DNA of 64,000 bases from the human T2T-CHM13v2.0 reference genome, Homo sapiens, in NCBI RefSeq assembly GCF_009914755.1, contig NC_060936.1; one strand, written 5' to 3'. A program made the translations under genes and the position numbers. The notes under the pieces were generated by a model. That model made no database searches and had not been told where the DNA came from. It saw only the letters and a program-made list of their open reading frames with translations. Shown piece by piece: positions 1 to 13,700 of the stretch. Position 1 is the first letter of the stretch; the number at the start of each line of letters is the position of its first letter.

Positions 1-450
1 GAAAAATTAATCAATTATCAAGTATTTTTATTAGAAACTATGGATCAAGATATTCGAATAGTTCCAGTTGATCAGAGAAATCTCTCTTTTTAAAGAAAAA
101 TTCCAACTAATATATGTTGAAAAAAGACACAATTGGAAAAATCACTGTTTTGAAATGCTGAATGAAATAGACAAGGAGCATAAATAAATGCTGAAATCAT
201 TGAGTGAAAGGTTGACTAGGACTTGGATGTTTGCTTGATGCCAAAGTATCACCCAACAGATTACTTGCTAATTGCAGAATTGAAAAATGCTTTACACTGG
301 AGAGTTCTGGTTGTCACCACCTAAACCTAGTGATCAAACATAGCATCACTGATAGTGGGGACTTGATGTTTTGTGTCTCCTTTTGTGATATATCACCTAG
401 AAATTATTCCTGCCCAAAATGATGAACCTGAAACTAATCAAGTTCTTATA
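1..450 (+). mobile_element. Old L1 (L1ME/L1MC-type) 3' fragment
   Basis: tttacactggagagttctggttgtcaccacctaaacctagtgatcaaacatagcatcact resembles L1MC/ME 3' end; approximate bounds. Confidence 0.45.
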
Positions 451-614
451 TCCCTTTCTAGATATTCTAAATTTAGCTATTCTCCATGATGTCAATTAAC
501 TTATTCTTTCATCCTCTGGATGCTCTGCAAACTGAAAGTGAATATAGGAGTTTAATTGCAATACAAGACCAACCTCTTCAATGTTATAAAATAGAATTAG
601 AATTTCTGCTTGGA

Positions 615-690
615 AAGATAGGGAATTTGCATTTTTAATAGGCTCACCAGATGATTCTTACACACATTAATGTTGAAGAATTACTATCAT
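615..690. mobile_element. MER5-like hAT-Charlie DNA transposon fragment
   Basis: ggaatttgcatttttaataggctcaccagatgattctta motif. Confidence 0.5.
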
Positions 691-875
691 TCAATATTCT
701 CGAACAGAGAATATATTTGTGATGAAGAATATTGACCTGTTAATTGGATAAAGAGGAAACAATTGCAATATTTTAGGTAGGAGGAAGGAAGACATGAATT
801 TGGGTGGTGAAAGTAGCCATGGAAACATCATAAATAACCAAGTTGAGTTTAACAAATTTTATCATATTACTTTTA

Positions 876-920
876 TCCTCCTCTTCCTCCCCCTCCTCTT
901 CCTCCTCCTCCCTCTTCTTC
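876..920. repeat. (TCC/TTC)n pyrimidine microsatellite
   Basis: tcctcctcttcctccccctcctcttcctcctcctccctcttcttc, upstream of exon 943. Confidence 0.8.
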
Positions 921-942
921 AAAACAAAACAAAATGAAACAG

Positions 943-1005
943 GAACAACCAGAATATCAGGTGAATTGACAACACTGGCAGGAAGAATGACTGGGATGCT
1001 AGGCA
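943..1005 (+). CDS. MUC19: MUC19 exon, 63 nt, phase 1-1: (G)TTRISGELTTLAGRMTGMLG
   Basis: acag|GA...GCA|gtgagt; open frame; alternative in-phase donor after 960 possible. Confidence 0.6.
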
Positions 1006-1214
1006 GTGAGTTGGGATTTAGTATCGAGTAAATGGCTAAATAATCACAGAAGCTTATTCACTCAAATCAATTACACTGATCAGAAACAAAGCTATTGAAA
1101 TACTCAGACAAAAGGATAAATAATGGGGATGTCTAAGAATGTTTAACAGTTGCCTTAATTTCCTAGAAACTTTGGAAATTAATGTAATCCTAGCTGCCTT
1201 TGTATGTTGACCAG

Positions 1215-1313
1215 GTTCAACAGAAGGGTCTGTGGAAGCCACCACCAGCGCAGGCAGTGGAAACACAGCTGGAACATCAGGTACTGGGGACACTGGCCCT
1301 GGTAACACAGCAG
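1215..1313 (+). CDS. MUC19: MUC19 exon, 99 nt: (G)STEGSVEATTSAGSGNTAGTSGTGDTGPGNTA
   Basis: ccag|GT...CAG|gtaaga; PTS-rich, phase 1-1. Confidence 0.85.
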
Positions 1314-1702
1314 GTAAGACAAAGCACATCTAGTTGTCAGAGCAATGGTCAAACACAAAGGTCTTATATATAATTAGCATAAGTCCAAGTGAGTTTTAAA
1401 AAAAGAAGTTAATTATAAGAGAATGAGGAAAATTCTAGCAGTAATGTTTAATAATGAACTTTTGTCAAAAAGCATTTGCAGCATGGCAACAATCTATAGG
1501 CAGAACCTCGTTATTTTTCAAATTGGATACAACTGGAAGATCAGATGCCACAACCACTTTAGCTTCCCGTGAAGTCACATTTGGAATATTATTTATATCT
1601 AAAAGTATGTTTAATTAGCAGAAGTGTGAGCTCTGATTTCAAAATTTAATTTATCAAAAGAGATTATGAAGAATTCAGTACTTGTAAATAGATAAATGCA
1701 AA

Positions 1703-2428
1703 TGTTACCGAAAAGTGTGGGAATCCTCGATTCTTTTCTAACTTGGAAGAAATAATTCAGCCAAGAGATGTATAGCAAGGATTAAGTAGCAGAGTTTATT
1801 GAAGGAAGATGAAGCACATTCTTAGAGAGGAGTGGAAAACAGTTCTGAGCTGGTAGGGCTGAAAAAATAGTAGTAGCAGGGTTTATTTAAATATGAAGTA
1901 CACTCTGAAACACAAGGCAGAGTGGGCTGCTTAAAAGAATGAGCCAGCAGCAGCTAGTGCTGGGGGACTGCTTTTATGAGAATCTTACCTGATTATTCAT
2001 GAAGGGGCATGAGGGGTGTATTACTTGCATGCATGTTTCAGGATGTCTCTTTGGGCGCGCATGCTCTGTCGTTGTACATGCTGGTACACACATTGCATGT
2101 CTCATTAGCATTTAAAATCTCCACCCAGGGATGTGCTTTTTACTCTTATAATGAGCAAAAGTCTACTCCAGGACAATTTTTTGGAGGAGTGTGCATGCTC
2201 CTCAGTGAGGAAAGTCCCTAACCTGATTATCTCCAGCTGGGGCCTGGTAAGTCCCCTTCAAGGCAAGAGGAGCTCAATCACAAGGCCAGAAGTAGCCAGT
2301 GTAGCTGTTGTCTTTTTTTGCTGCCTGTCAGAAGGCGGCACTGACTATGAGTTGACAGCGTCTCCAGGACTTCTTTTCCCAGGGGGCTCCCTTGCCTGCT
2401 CATTTCTGGCTATCTGCCTACTCTAACA
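1703..2428 (-). mobile_element. ERV1 (MER4-group-like) solo LTR
   Basis: TG...CA ends, 4-bp TSD caaa on both sides, ctcattagcatttaaaatctccaccc motif. Confidence 0.7.
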
Positions 2429-2839
2429 CAAACACTTGTATTTTGGTCGGACAGTATTTATTGAGAGCTTAGTAATGTGTTAGGTGCCAGAAGATGCTCT
2501 TATATTTACAAAGCTTAGAATTTTTAGAATAAAGTAATATTTAAACACATGAAAAAAGCAAAAAGTTAAGTAATACAGCAAATGGTAAATGCAGTTTGGA
2601 GAAGAATTTACTCTGGAATTATAATTTGTAGATAATTCTAGAAAGAGGCACATTCAGTGTTGAAGGCAAATAAGGATTGTGATGGGGTAATAGTGCCTTA
2701 TCAGATTAACATGTATACTCTTCCTGAGCAAGAAACTATGAGTATAAATATTCTGGAAGAGATTTCCAAGTTGTTTCAGGTCACAGTGATTGAATAAAAG
2801 CGAGTTTCTTAAACTGTTTGTTTTCTCTGAAAGTCTCAG

Positions 2840-2935
2840 GCACACCTGTGGTATCACCTGGAGCAACTCCTGGAGCTCCAGGTAGCAGCACCCCTGGGGA
2901 AGCAGACATTGGAAACACCAGTTTTGGAAAATCAG
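2840..2935 (+). CDS. MUC19: MUC19 exon, 96 nt, GC donor: (G)TPVVSPGATPGAPGSSTPGEADIGNTSFGKS
   Basis: ctcag|GC...CAG|gcaagt; phase 1-1. Confidence 0.75.
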
Positions 2936-3169
2936 GCAAGTCTGGACATGACTCCTTAACAGTTCTCAACCCTGCCTTCCTCAGAAGTGTGTGATGTGGA
3001 CTATTGGTCAGGCTATAACTGACATTAAAAGTGTCAGAGCAAAGGGAAAGCATAGGGGAGATGCCCTTAATCCACTATACTTTAGAAATCTCAGTTCTGT
3101 GCTATCAGCACAGAATAGGGACCAGTACATTTGCAGCAGTGAGCCTGAACCATTGTTGTTGATAACCAG

Positions 3170-3271
3170 GGACCCCAACAGTATCTGCTGCCTCAACTAC
3201 CAGTAGCCCTGTGAGTAAACACACCGATGCAGCCTCAGCCACAGCAGTGACAATCTCTGGAAGCAAACCAG
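3170..3271 (+). CDS. MUC19: MUC19 exon, 102 nt: (G)TPTVSAASTTSSPVSKHTDAASATAVTISGSKP
   Basis: ccag|GG...CAG|gtaggt; phase 1-1. Confidence 0.8.
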
Positions 3272-3354
3272 GTAGGTAAAATGGGAGACCCTGCACTTGC
3301 CAAGGGGCAATATGGGATGTTCGTGTGAATACTGTTCCTCAGAATCAATGTCAT

Positions 3355-3480
3355 GTTGTTAAGCGAGTAAATCACTTAACCTCTGTAACCTCTGTTTTTG
3401 TATCTGTAAAATGTGGGTCAAAGTGATCTATTTTGTGAACTTGGGATGAGGAGCCAAGAAAATAGTGAATAGTGTAAGTC
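3355..3480 (+). mobile_element. MIR fragment
   Basis: aatcacttaacctctgtaacctctgtttttgtatctgtaaaatg core. Confidence 0.55.
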
Positions 3481-3643
3481 AAAGTACATTTTTCAAATGT
3501 GGAAAGGATCATTATTGTTATCGATACAGAAAAATGAAGATTTCTGTAATTTTTAGGTGGAAGTTAATTTAAGTGAGAATTGGTTATATCATAGCTTAAG
3601 AAATTCTGTGAATGCGTCCTTTCCATTTTTGCCTTTGCCACAG

Positions 3644-3739
3644 GTACACCTGGAACACCAGGTGGTGCAACTAGTGGAGGCAAAATTACATCTGGATGGT
3701 CCAGCAGTGGCACCAGCACGGGCTCTTCAAATACACCAG
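3644..3739 (+). CDS. MUC19: MUC19 exon, 96 nt: (G)TPGTPGGATSGGKITSGWSSSGTSTGSSNTP
   Basis: polypyrimidine+acag|GT...CAG|gtgaga; phase 1-1. Confidence 0.85.
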
Positions 3740-5799
3740 GTGAGATTAGCAAAGCACTAAAAGGTCACAAAAATGGGAGTCAGTGTAGAAATTTGTTTAT
3801 AAAAGCTTATTCAGTAGGGTATTAATTCAGTTGAAAATCTTTCCTGCTTGAAACTTAGAGCACTGTTATTTAAATATTCTGTGAATCCTTTAAAGAGGTT
3901 GCCATTGTATGCTTTGTTATTCAGTATTTATGCACTATTGGGATATCAATTAGTGCAATACCTGAAATCACATATAATAAAAATGATCTGATAATTTAGA
4001 TATTTTCCATTATTAAACTAGACTAGTGCAGCATTTTAAATCTGATATTGTCACATGGCCAATTTAGAAATCACTGGAATGTTACTTGATACAACCATAA
4101 TGGAGTTAAGTTTTAAAAAAAAAAAGCAATAGTGACCCTCTAACACTTTATCTCATGGTTGGTCCATAATTATTGTTTTGGAGTTAAGGGCTTCTTAGGA
4201 TGTATTTGCTCATTTAGTTACAATTTCATTGTCTAAGTTCTGCATTTTTCCACACAAAATCATTTAGACAACAAGCTAACATAATTCAATATAGGCTAAA
4301 ATACTAAATAATTACAAAATAATATGTTAGTTATTTTTGCAGATCATTAATTAATTATATGATTTTCCCATAGTACAAACATTTGAGAATTCAATAAATT
4401 CTTCTCTGCCACGAATAATATAATATGCTGTTGGGCATTATAAGGTTACCTTACATCAGCAAGAATATTCAAATTTCAAACTAGAATTCTTTTTTTGCAA
4501 TCTTTTGCAAAACACCACTGTCTTTAGTATTTGAAATTGTTGTGGTTTAAAGTATTAGCCTATTTTCCCATATGCTCTTTATTGAACAGAGACCTAGAAC
4601 CTTGATGAACAGCTTTCCCCATTTCTAAGAACAATTTAATAAGCAACACTGTCTTCTGAATTGTTGAAACATTCAGAAATCAGTTTTCTTCCTAAAACCT
4701 CTACACATGGGTTTTTAAAAAGTCTTCTTTTCTAGAATTTGCAAGTAGGGTTTGTCTATAACTCATTTGCTCAAAGCTGACCTGTTGAGGAAATATGTAA
4801 ACTATGCAATGGGTGTTGCAGATCCCTTGCTAAACAATGTTTGTGTCTTGTAAGACTTAACTTGCTTCAAATTACCAAAGAGATAGATTACGAATCAATT
4901 TATTTATTAATATTTGAATACTTCTCAGAAAATAAGCCAAAAAAGTGCCTGAAAAATATAATTAGTAGGATAAAAATTAGTAGATAAAACCATTCTTATA
5001 TCTTAGTTTCTACTGGATATATTTAATACAATATTATTTATAATATAAACATATGAAGCAGTCATTAACCATTATATAATATCATGTATAAGTTATCTTA
5101 ATCTGTTTTAACAAAAGTAAAAATGATCATCAGAAAACAACTATACAAAGTATAAAATGGACAAATGTTTTCACATATATTAACTTACTTGAATCTTACA
5201 GACACCCTATGCAGTCAATAATATATTAGTAATTATTCACATTTTATCTATGAAAAAATCCATGTGTTTACCCCAAAATCACAGGATAAGTATGTTGTTA
5301 GGCCAGGTCAGGGCCTGGATTGTTGATTCTTCATCCAGTCATTATCTTTTACTAGACAGACCACCAACATGGTGGATTTCTGTTAAAACTAGAGAAAGAT
5401 CTTGTCACGTTGCCTATTTTTGTTTACAGTTGTGTTCCTAGTGCATAGCTCAGTTCCTGGTTTGGGTACTTGATAAATATCTGGTGGATATCTGGTAAAT
5501 AATTCAATAAGTGAATAGTAATTCCCAGTCTGGTAAAGGATGAAGTGGTTTTATTCTTATCAGTGAGGTAAAATAACAGGTCACATGGAAGGGAAACTTC
5601 TGGAAGGATTGGAGCTGTCAGGGGGTAGTGAACTCTTTTCTGCTCTACCCAAGTAGTGGAGTTTCACTCGAAACATGTACCCATACACACATAGACACAC
5701 CACTGTGCAGATCCATGTCTCTACAGATCCAAGGTTTCCATCTTCATCTGGTTCCTTAGTGGTATTCTTGATATATTAGGATCTTCAGAACCAGAGCCT

Positions 5800-6660
5800 T
5801 CTGGGTGATACTGGATTTCCCTTTATGCTCACATCTGTTCTCTGAGTCTTCCCCATATTAGAAAATGTTACCATCACTGACTCAATTCACTCAGGTAAAA
5901 ATATTGTAGTTATCCTTGATGGCTCTCTTTTTTTTTGTACCTCTCATATCTAAACAAGGCCTGTTACTGCTACTTCCAACACATATCTTGACCCTATCCA
6001 CTATTCTCAGTCTCCTTTATCACAGTTTCAGCACAAGCCACTCATAAATTGTCAGAACTTCTGAAATCACCTCATAATTGTTCTTCCTAATTCTATGATG
6101 CACCCCCTGCCATATATTTTCTACAGAGTGTAAAGAGGGATTTTAAATGTATATCAATTCTATGCTATTTCTCCCCTCTTTAAAATTATAGCCCCTTGCA
6201 TTTAGAAAAACCTTCAGTCTTCCTCCCCTGATTCATAACATTTCGCTTGCTCCTACATATCTGACCTTACCTTATAATATTCCCCGCCTCAGCTCCCATT
6301 ATCCAGATATACTCAACTTCTAGCTCTGCTTTTCTAGCAAACATAGCTCCATCAGACTTACGACCTTTGTACTGGCTGTTACCTCTGCCTGGAATGCCAT
6401 TCTCCTAGAGCTTCACTAGCAGGTTGCTTCTTGTTATCAGACTTCAGAATAAAGACCATCTTCTCACAGAAGGCTTTGCTAACCAGACAGTCTAAAATAG
6501 AACATCCCATTTTGTAGTATCAATTCACTTTATATTAATGCTCTGAAGCTTTTCTTGTTTGTGAATTTGGTTATTGGTTGGCTAGTTATTTTATTTATGT
6601 CTACCTCTCTCTTCCCACTAGAATGCCCCACGGAGCAGAGAACTGTTTATCTGCATCCCC
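5800..6660 (+). mobile_element. L2 LINE fragment
   Basis: gctgttacctctgcctggaatgccattctcc and cccactagaatg...gcagagaac L2 3' motifs; approximate bounds. Confidence 0.55.
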
Positions 6661-6851
6661 TTTGAACAGCTACTTAATCTCGCTTTAGTTTCTATTTTAT
6701 AAAAGAGAAAAGAAATATTATATATCTCATAGTATTAATCTAATGGTAAAATGAAGTGATACCTGTAAGTTGCTGACAACTTCTTTGACACACAATAGAC
6801 ATTAGATAAATTATTTTTATGAAAATAAACAAACAGAAAGAAGTTACGCTA

Positions 6852-6960
6852 GAGCTGGCACAGTGAAGATCACTGTGGTCCCAGGTACTCAGGAAGATTA
6901 CTTGAACCCAGGAGTTTGTGATCAGCCTGGGCAACAAAGTGAGACTCTTTTTTTAAAAAG
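6852..6960 (+). mobile_element. Alu monomer (FLAM-like), degenerate
   Basis: cttgaacccaggagtttgtgatcagcctgggcaacaaagtgagac. Confidence 0.6.
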
Positions 6961-7126
6961 AAGTTACAATGTAGCAAAAAGACAAGTATGAAATAATATG
7001 GTGGTTATGGAGATGAAGAGGTATAAAAGCTGTACTAGAGAAATAAAGCCTCATGAGTCTTAAAGGTTAACCAAGGACCAAAACAGCTATTAATATCATT
7101 CTGCTTTTACTATGTGTTTGTGACAG

Positions 7127-10100
7127 GGGCAACAGGATCATCGACCGGACAGACAGACACAAGTGGACCATCAGCTAAAGTAACAGGGAATTATGGACAA
7201 TCATCTGAAATACCAGGGACAATTAAATCATCATCTGATGTTTCAGGGACAATGGGGCAATCAGATACAACATCTGGACCATCAGTTGCAGTGACAAAGA
7301 CTTCTGAACAATCGTCAGGAGTCACGGTGGCATCTGAACCATCAGTTGGAGTATCAGGGACAACTGGACCATTAGCTGAAATATCAGGGACAACCAGACC
7401 ATTAGTTTCAGGGTTAAGGACAACTGGATCATCAGCTGAAGGATCAGGGACAACTGGACCTTCATCAAGAGAATCAGTGACAACTAGACCATTAGCTGAA
7501 GGTTCAGGGACAAGTGGACAATTGGTTACAGGATCAAGAGCAACTGGATTATCAGCTACAGAATTAGGGACAACTGTGTCTTTTACTGGAGGATTAGGTA
7601 CAAGTAGATCATCTGCTAGAGAAACAAGGACAACTGGACCATCAGCTGACGGGTCAGGAACAACTGGACCATCTGTTGTGAGATCAGGGACAACTAGATT
7701 ATCAGTTGGAGTGACAAGAGCAACTGAATCATCACCTGGAGTGACAGGAACAACTACACCATCAGCTGAAGAATCCAGGACAACAGGACCATCTGTTCTA
7801 GTGACAGGAACAACTGGACAATCAGGCCAAGGATCAGGGACAAGTGGAAAATCTTTTATAGAATCAGGACCATCTGTTGTAGGATCAGGGACAACTGGAC
7901 CAACATCTGCAGGATTAGGAACAACTACACCATCAACCAGAAGATCAAGCACAACAAAACCATCAGTTGGAAGAACTGGGACAACTGGACAATCAGGTGC
8001 AGAATCAGGAACAACTGAACCATCAGCTAGAGTGACAGGTGTAACTGGAACATCAGCTGAAGTATCAGGAAGAATTGAAACATCAGCTACAGAATCAAGT
8101 ACAAGTAGACCACTAGGTGAAACAACAGGGACAACTATACCATCAATGGAAGGATCAGAGGCAACTGGACCATCTGTCATTGGATCAGAAACAACTAGAC
8201 TATCAGTTATAGGATCAGGGACAACTGGAACTTCATCTGGAGGTTCAGGTGCAACAAGATCATCAGGTGGAGGAATGGGGACAACTGGACAATCAACTGC
8301 AAGATCAGAAACAACTGGACCACTTTTTGGATTGACAGGAACATTTGGGCAATCTGCTATAGTGACTGGGACATCTTCAAATTCAGCTGGAGTGACAACA
8401 CCTGAAAAATCACCTGGAGTGGCAATGACAACAGGACTGTTGGTTGAAGGATCAGCTACAACTCAACCACGTATTTTAGAATCAGAAACAACTGAATCAT
8501 CAGCTGGAGTGATAGTGACATCTGGACAATCAGCCAGAGTGACTGGGGCAACTGGACCATCAGCTGGAGAGACAGGAACAACTGAACCATCAACTGAAGG
8601 ATCAGTTGCAACTGTATTATTTGTTATTGGATCAGAAACAACTAGACCATTAGATATAGGATCAGGGACAACTGGAACTTTATCTGGAGGTTCAAGTACA
8701 ACAAGATCATCAGATGGAACAACAGGGACAACCAGAAAATCAACTGCAAGATCAGAAACAACTGGACTTTCTGGATTGACAGGAACATCTGGGCAATTGG
8801 CTGGAGTGACTGGGACATCTTCAAAATCAGCTGGAGTAACAGTGACATCTGAAAAATCAGCTGGAGTTGCAGTGATAACAGGATCATTTGTTGAAAGACC
8901 AGTCACAACTGGACCACCTCTTTTAGAATCAGAGACAACTAGACCATCAGGTGGAGTAACAGTGACATCTGGACAATCAGCCAGAGTGACTGAAACAGTT
9001 GGAGCATCAGCTGGAGTGACAGGAACAACTGGACCATCAACTGAAGGATCAGGGGCAACTGGACCATCTGTTGTGGGATCAGGAACAACTAGACCATTAG
9101 CTGGTGAATCAGGTACAACTGAGTCATCAGCTGGAGTGACAGGGACAAGGCCATCATCATCAAGAGAATCAGCAACAACTGGACCATCAGATGAAGGATC
9201 AGGAACAACTGGACTATCAGCTGGAGTGACAGTGACATCTGGACAATCAGTTAGAAAGACTGGGACAACTGGAGCACCAGCTGGAGTTACAGAAACAACA
9301 AGACCATCTGTTGTCAAATCAGGGACAACTGGACCATCTGTTATAGGAACGAGGACAACTGGAACTTCATCAGGAGGATCAGGTGCAACAAGATCATCAG
9401 GTGGAGAAACAGAGACAACTGTCCAATCAGCTGTAAAATCAGGGACAACAGAATCATTTACTAGGTTGACAAGAACATCTGGGCAATCAGCTGGAATGAC
9501 TGGGACATCTGCACAATCAGCTGGAGTGGCACTAACAAGTCCTTTTGTTGAAGGATTAGTGACAACTGGATCATCTACTGTAGGATTAGAGACAACTAGA
9601 CCTTCAGCTGTAGGATCAGGAACAACTGGACCTCCTGTTGTAAAAGCACAGACAACTGGACCATCAGCTGGAGTGACAGTGACATCCGGACAATCAGCTA
9701 GAATGACTGGGGCAAGTGGACCATCAGTAGGAGTGACAGGAACAACTGGACCAGCAAGTAAAGGATTAGGGACAATTAGACCATCTGTTGTAGGATTAGA
9801 GACTACTGAACTATCAGCTGAAGGATCAGGGACAACTGGACCACCTATTGTAGGAGAGACAACTGTACCATCAGCTGGAGTGACAGTTACATCTGGATAC
9901 TCAGATAGAGTGACTGGGGCAACTGAACCATTGGCTGGAGTAACAGGAACCATTAAACCATCTGTTGCAGGATCAGTGACAACTGGACCATCTGTTACAG
10001 GAGTAGAGACAACTGCAAAAACTTCATCTGGAGGATTAAGTACAACTATATCGTCAGTTGGAGGAACAGGGACCACTGGACAATCACCTGAAAGATCAGG

Positions 10101-10710
10101 GACAACAGGACCATTTACTGGATTGACAGGGACATCTGCACAATCAGCTGGAGTCACAATGACATCTATCCAATCAGCTGGAGTGCTAGTAACAACAGGA
10201 CTAAATGTTGATGGCTTAGGGACAACTGGAAAAGCTCTTATAGGATCAGGAACACCTGGATTATCAGCTGAAGCTACAGGGACAATTGGACCATCAACTG
10301 AAGGATTAGAGAAAACTGGACCATCTATTACTGGATCAGGAACAACCAGACCATTAGTTACAGAATCATGGACAGCTGGAACTTCATCTGGAGGACATAG
10401 TACAACAAGTCCATCAGTTAGAGGAACAGAGACAACTGGACAATCAGCTGCAGAATCAGTGACAACAGGGCCAGTTACAGGATACACAGAAACCTCTGGT
10501 CCATCAGCTGGAGTGACAGTGACACCTCGGCAATCACCTACAGTGACTCAGACAACTGGATCATCAGCTGCAGTATCAGGGACAACTGTACAATCTCTTA
10601 CAGTATCAGGGACCACTAGACCATCATCTGGACAAACAGAAATAACTGGATCGTCAGTTAAAGAATCAGGGACAACTGAATCATCAGCTGTAAGGTCAGG
10701 GACTACTGGA
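7127..10710 (+). repeat. Degenerate 30-bp (10-aa) repeats, older part of the PTS array
   Basis: Recurrent [13 protein letters not shown] units with high divergence. Confidence 0.85.
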
Positions 10711-13700
10711 CCAACAGCTGGAGTGACAGGTACAAATGGACCATCATCAGCTGGAGTGACAGGGATAACTGGATCATCACCTGGAGTGACAGGGACAACT
10801 GGATCATCACCTGGAGTGACAGGGACAACTGGATCATCTGCAAGATCAGGGACAAGTATACCATCAGTTGGAAAAACAGGAACGACTAGAACATCAGTTG
10901 AAGAATCAAGGACAACTAGACCATCAGCTGGAATAACAGGTACAAATGGACTATCAGCTGAAGTGACAGGGACAACTGGACCATTAGCTGGAGTGACAGG
11001 GACAACTGGACCATCAGCTGGAGTGACAAGGACAACTGGACTGTCAGCTGGAGAGACAGGGACAACTGGACTATCACCTGGAGTGACAGGGACAACAAGA
11101 TCATCAGCTGGGCTAACAGGGAAAACAGGACTATCAGCTGGAGTGACAGGGAAAACTGGACTGTCAGCTGAAGTGACAGGGACAACTAGACTATCAGCTG
11201 GAGTGACAGGGACAACTGGACCATCACCTGGAGTAACAGGTACAACTGGAACACCAGCTGGGGTTACAGGGACAACTGAACTATCAGCTGGAGTGACAGG
11301 GAAAACTGGACTATCATCTGAAGTGACAGAAACTACTGGATTATCATATGGGGTGAAAAGGACAATTGGACTATCAGCTGGGTCGACAGGGACAAGTGGA
11401 CAATCAGCTGGAGTGGCAGGGACAACTACACTATCAGCTGAAGTGACAGGGACAACTAGACCATCAGCTGGGGTAACAGGGACAACAGGACTATCAGCTG
11501 AAGTGACAGAGATAACTGGAATATCAGCTGTGGTGACAGGGACAACTGGACCATCAGCTGGGGTGACAGAGACAACTGGATCATCAGCTGGAGTGGCAGG
11601 GACAACAAGACTATCAGCTGGAGTGACAGTGATAACTGGACTATCAGCTGGAGTGACAGGGACAACTGGACTGTCAACTGAAGTGACAGGGACAACTGGA
11701 CCATCAGCTGGGGCGACAGGGACAACTGGACTATCAGTTGGAGTGACTGGGATAACTGGGCTATCAGATGTAGTGACAGAGACAACTGGATCATCTGCAA
11801 GATCAGGGACAGGTATACCATCAGTTGGAGAAACAAGAACAACTAGCACATCAGTTGAAGAATCAAGGACAACTAGACCATCAGCTGGAATAATGGGTAC
11901 AAATGGACTACCAGCTGAAGTGACAGGGACAACTGAACCATTAGCTGGAGGGACAGGGACAACTGGAATATTAGCCGGGGTGACAGGGACAACTGGACTA
12001 TCAGCTGGGGAGACAGGGAAAATTGGATCATCAGCTGGGGTGACAGGGAAAACTGGATCATCAGCAAGAGTGACAGGAAAAACTGGACCATCAGCAGAAG
12101 TAACAGGGAAAACTGGACTATCAGCTGGAGTGACGGGGACAACTGGACTATCACCTGGAGTGACAGGGACAAGTGGACTATCAGCTGAAGTGACAGGGAC
12201 AACTGGCCCATCAGCTGAAGCTACAGGGCTACCTGGAGTATCAGCTGGGGTGACAGGGACAACTGGATCACTAGCTGGAGGGACAGGGACAATTGGACTA
12301 TCAGCTGGGGTGACAGGGACAACTGGATCATCAGCTGGGGTGACAGGGACAACTGGACTATCAGCTGGGGTGACAGGGATAGCTGGACTCTCAGCTGGGG
12401 TGACAGGGATAACTGGACCATCAGCTGGAGTGACAGGGACAACTACAGTATCAGCTGGAGTAACAGGGACAACTGGACTATCAGCTGAAGCAACAGAGAT
12501 AACTGGACTATCAGCTGGGGTGACAGGGACAACTGGACTATCTGCTGGGGTGACAGAGACAATTAGACTATCAGCTGGGGTGACAGGGACAATTAGATCA
12601 TCAGCTGGGGTAACAGGGATAACTGGACTATCAGCTGGAGTGACAGGGACAACTGGACCATCAGCTGGTGTGACAGGGTCAACTGGACTATTAGCTGGGG
12701 TGACAGAGACAACTGGACAGTCAACTAAAGTGACAGGGACAACTGGACAATCTATCGGAGTGACAGGGACAACTAGATCATCAGGTGGAGTGACAGGGAT
12801 AACTGGACTATCAGCTGGAGTGACAGGGACAAATGGACTATCAGCTGTGACAGGAATGACTGGACTATCAGCTGAGGTGACAGGGACAACTGGACTATCA
12901 GTTGGGGTGACAGGGATAGCTGGACTCTCAGCTGGCGTGACAGGGATAACTGGACCATCAGCTGGAATAACAGGGACAACTACCATATCAGCTGGAGTAA
13001 CAGGGACAAGTGGACTATCAGCTGAAGCAACAGGGATAACTGGACTATCGGCTGGGGTGACAGGGAAAACTGGACTATCTGCTGGAGTGACAGAGACAAT
13101 TGGACTATCAGCTGAAGTGACAGGGACAATTGGATCATCAGCTGGGGTGACAGGGACAACTGGATCATCAACTGGGGTGACAGGGATAACTGGATTATCA
13201 GCTGGAGTGACAGGGACAACTGGATTGTCAACTGAAGTGACAGGAACAACTGGACCATCAGCTGGGGTGACAAGGACTACTGGACTATCAGCTGGAGTGA
13301 CTGGGATAACTGGGCTATCAGCTATAGTGACAGAGACAACTGGATCATCCGCAAGATCAGGGACAAGTATCCCGTCAGTTGGAGAAACAGGAACAACTAG
13401 AACATCAGTTGAAGAATCAAGGACAACTAGACCATCAGCTGGAATAACGGGTACAAATGGACTATCAGCTGAAGTGACAGGGACAATTGGACCATTAGCT
13501 GGAGGGACAGGGACAACTGGACTATCAGCTGGGGTGACAGGAACAGTTGGATCATCAGCTGTGGTAACAGGGACAACTGGACTATCAGCTGGAGTCACAG
13601 GGACAACTGGACCATCAGCTGAAGAGACAGGGGCAACTGGACCATCAGCCGAAGTGACAGGGACAACTGGACCATCAGCTGGGGTGACAGGGACAGGTAG

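Noticed and set aside
7114-7126. ORF-track starts at 7114 and 17032 as true translation starts
   Set aside because: Both are GTG codons. 7114 is intronic, just upstream of the acceptor at 7126/7127; 17032 is simply the first GTG after the premature stop.
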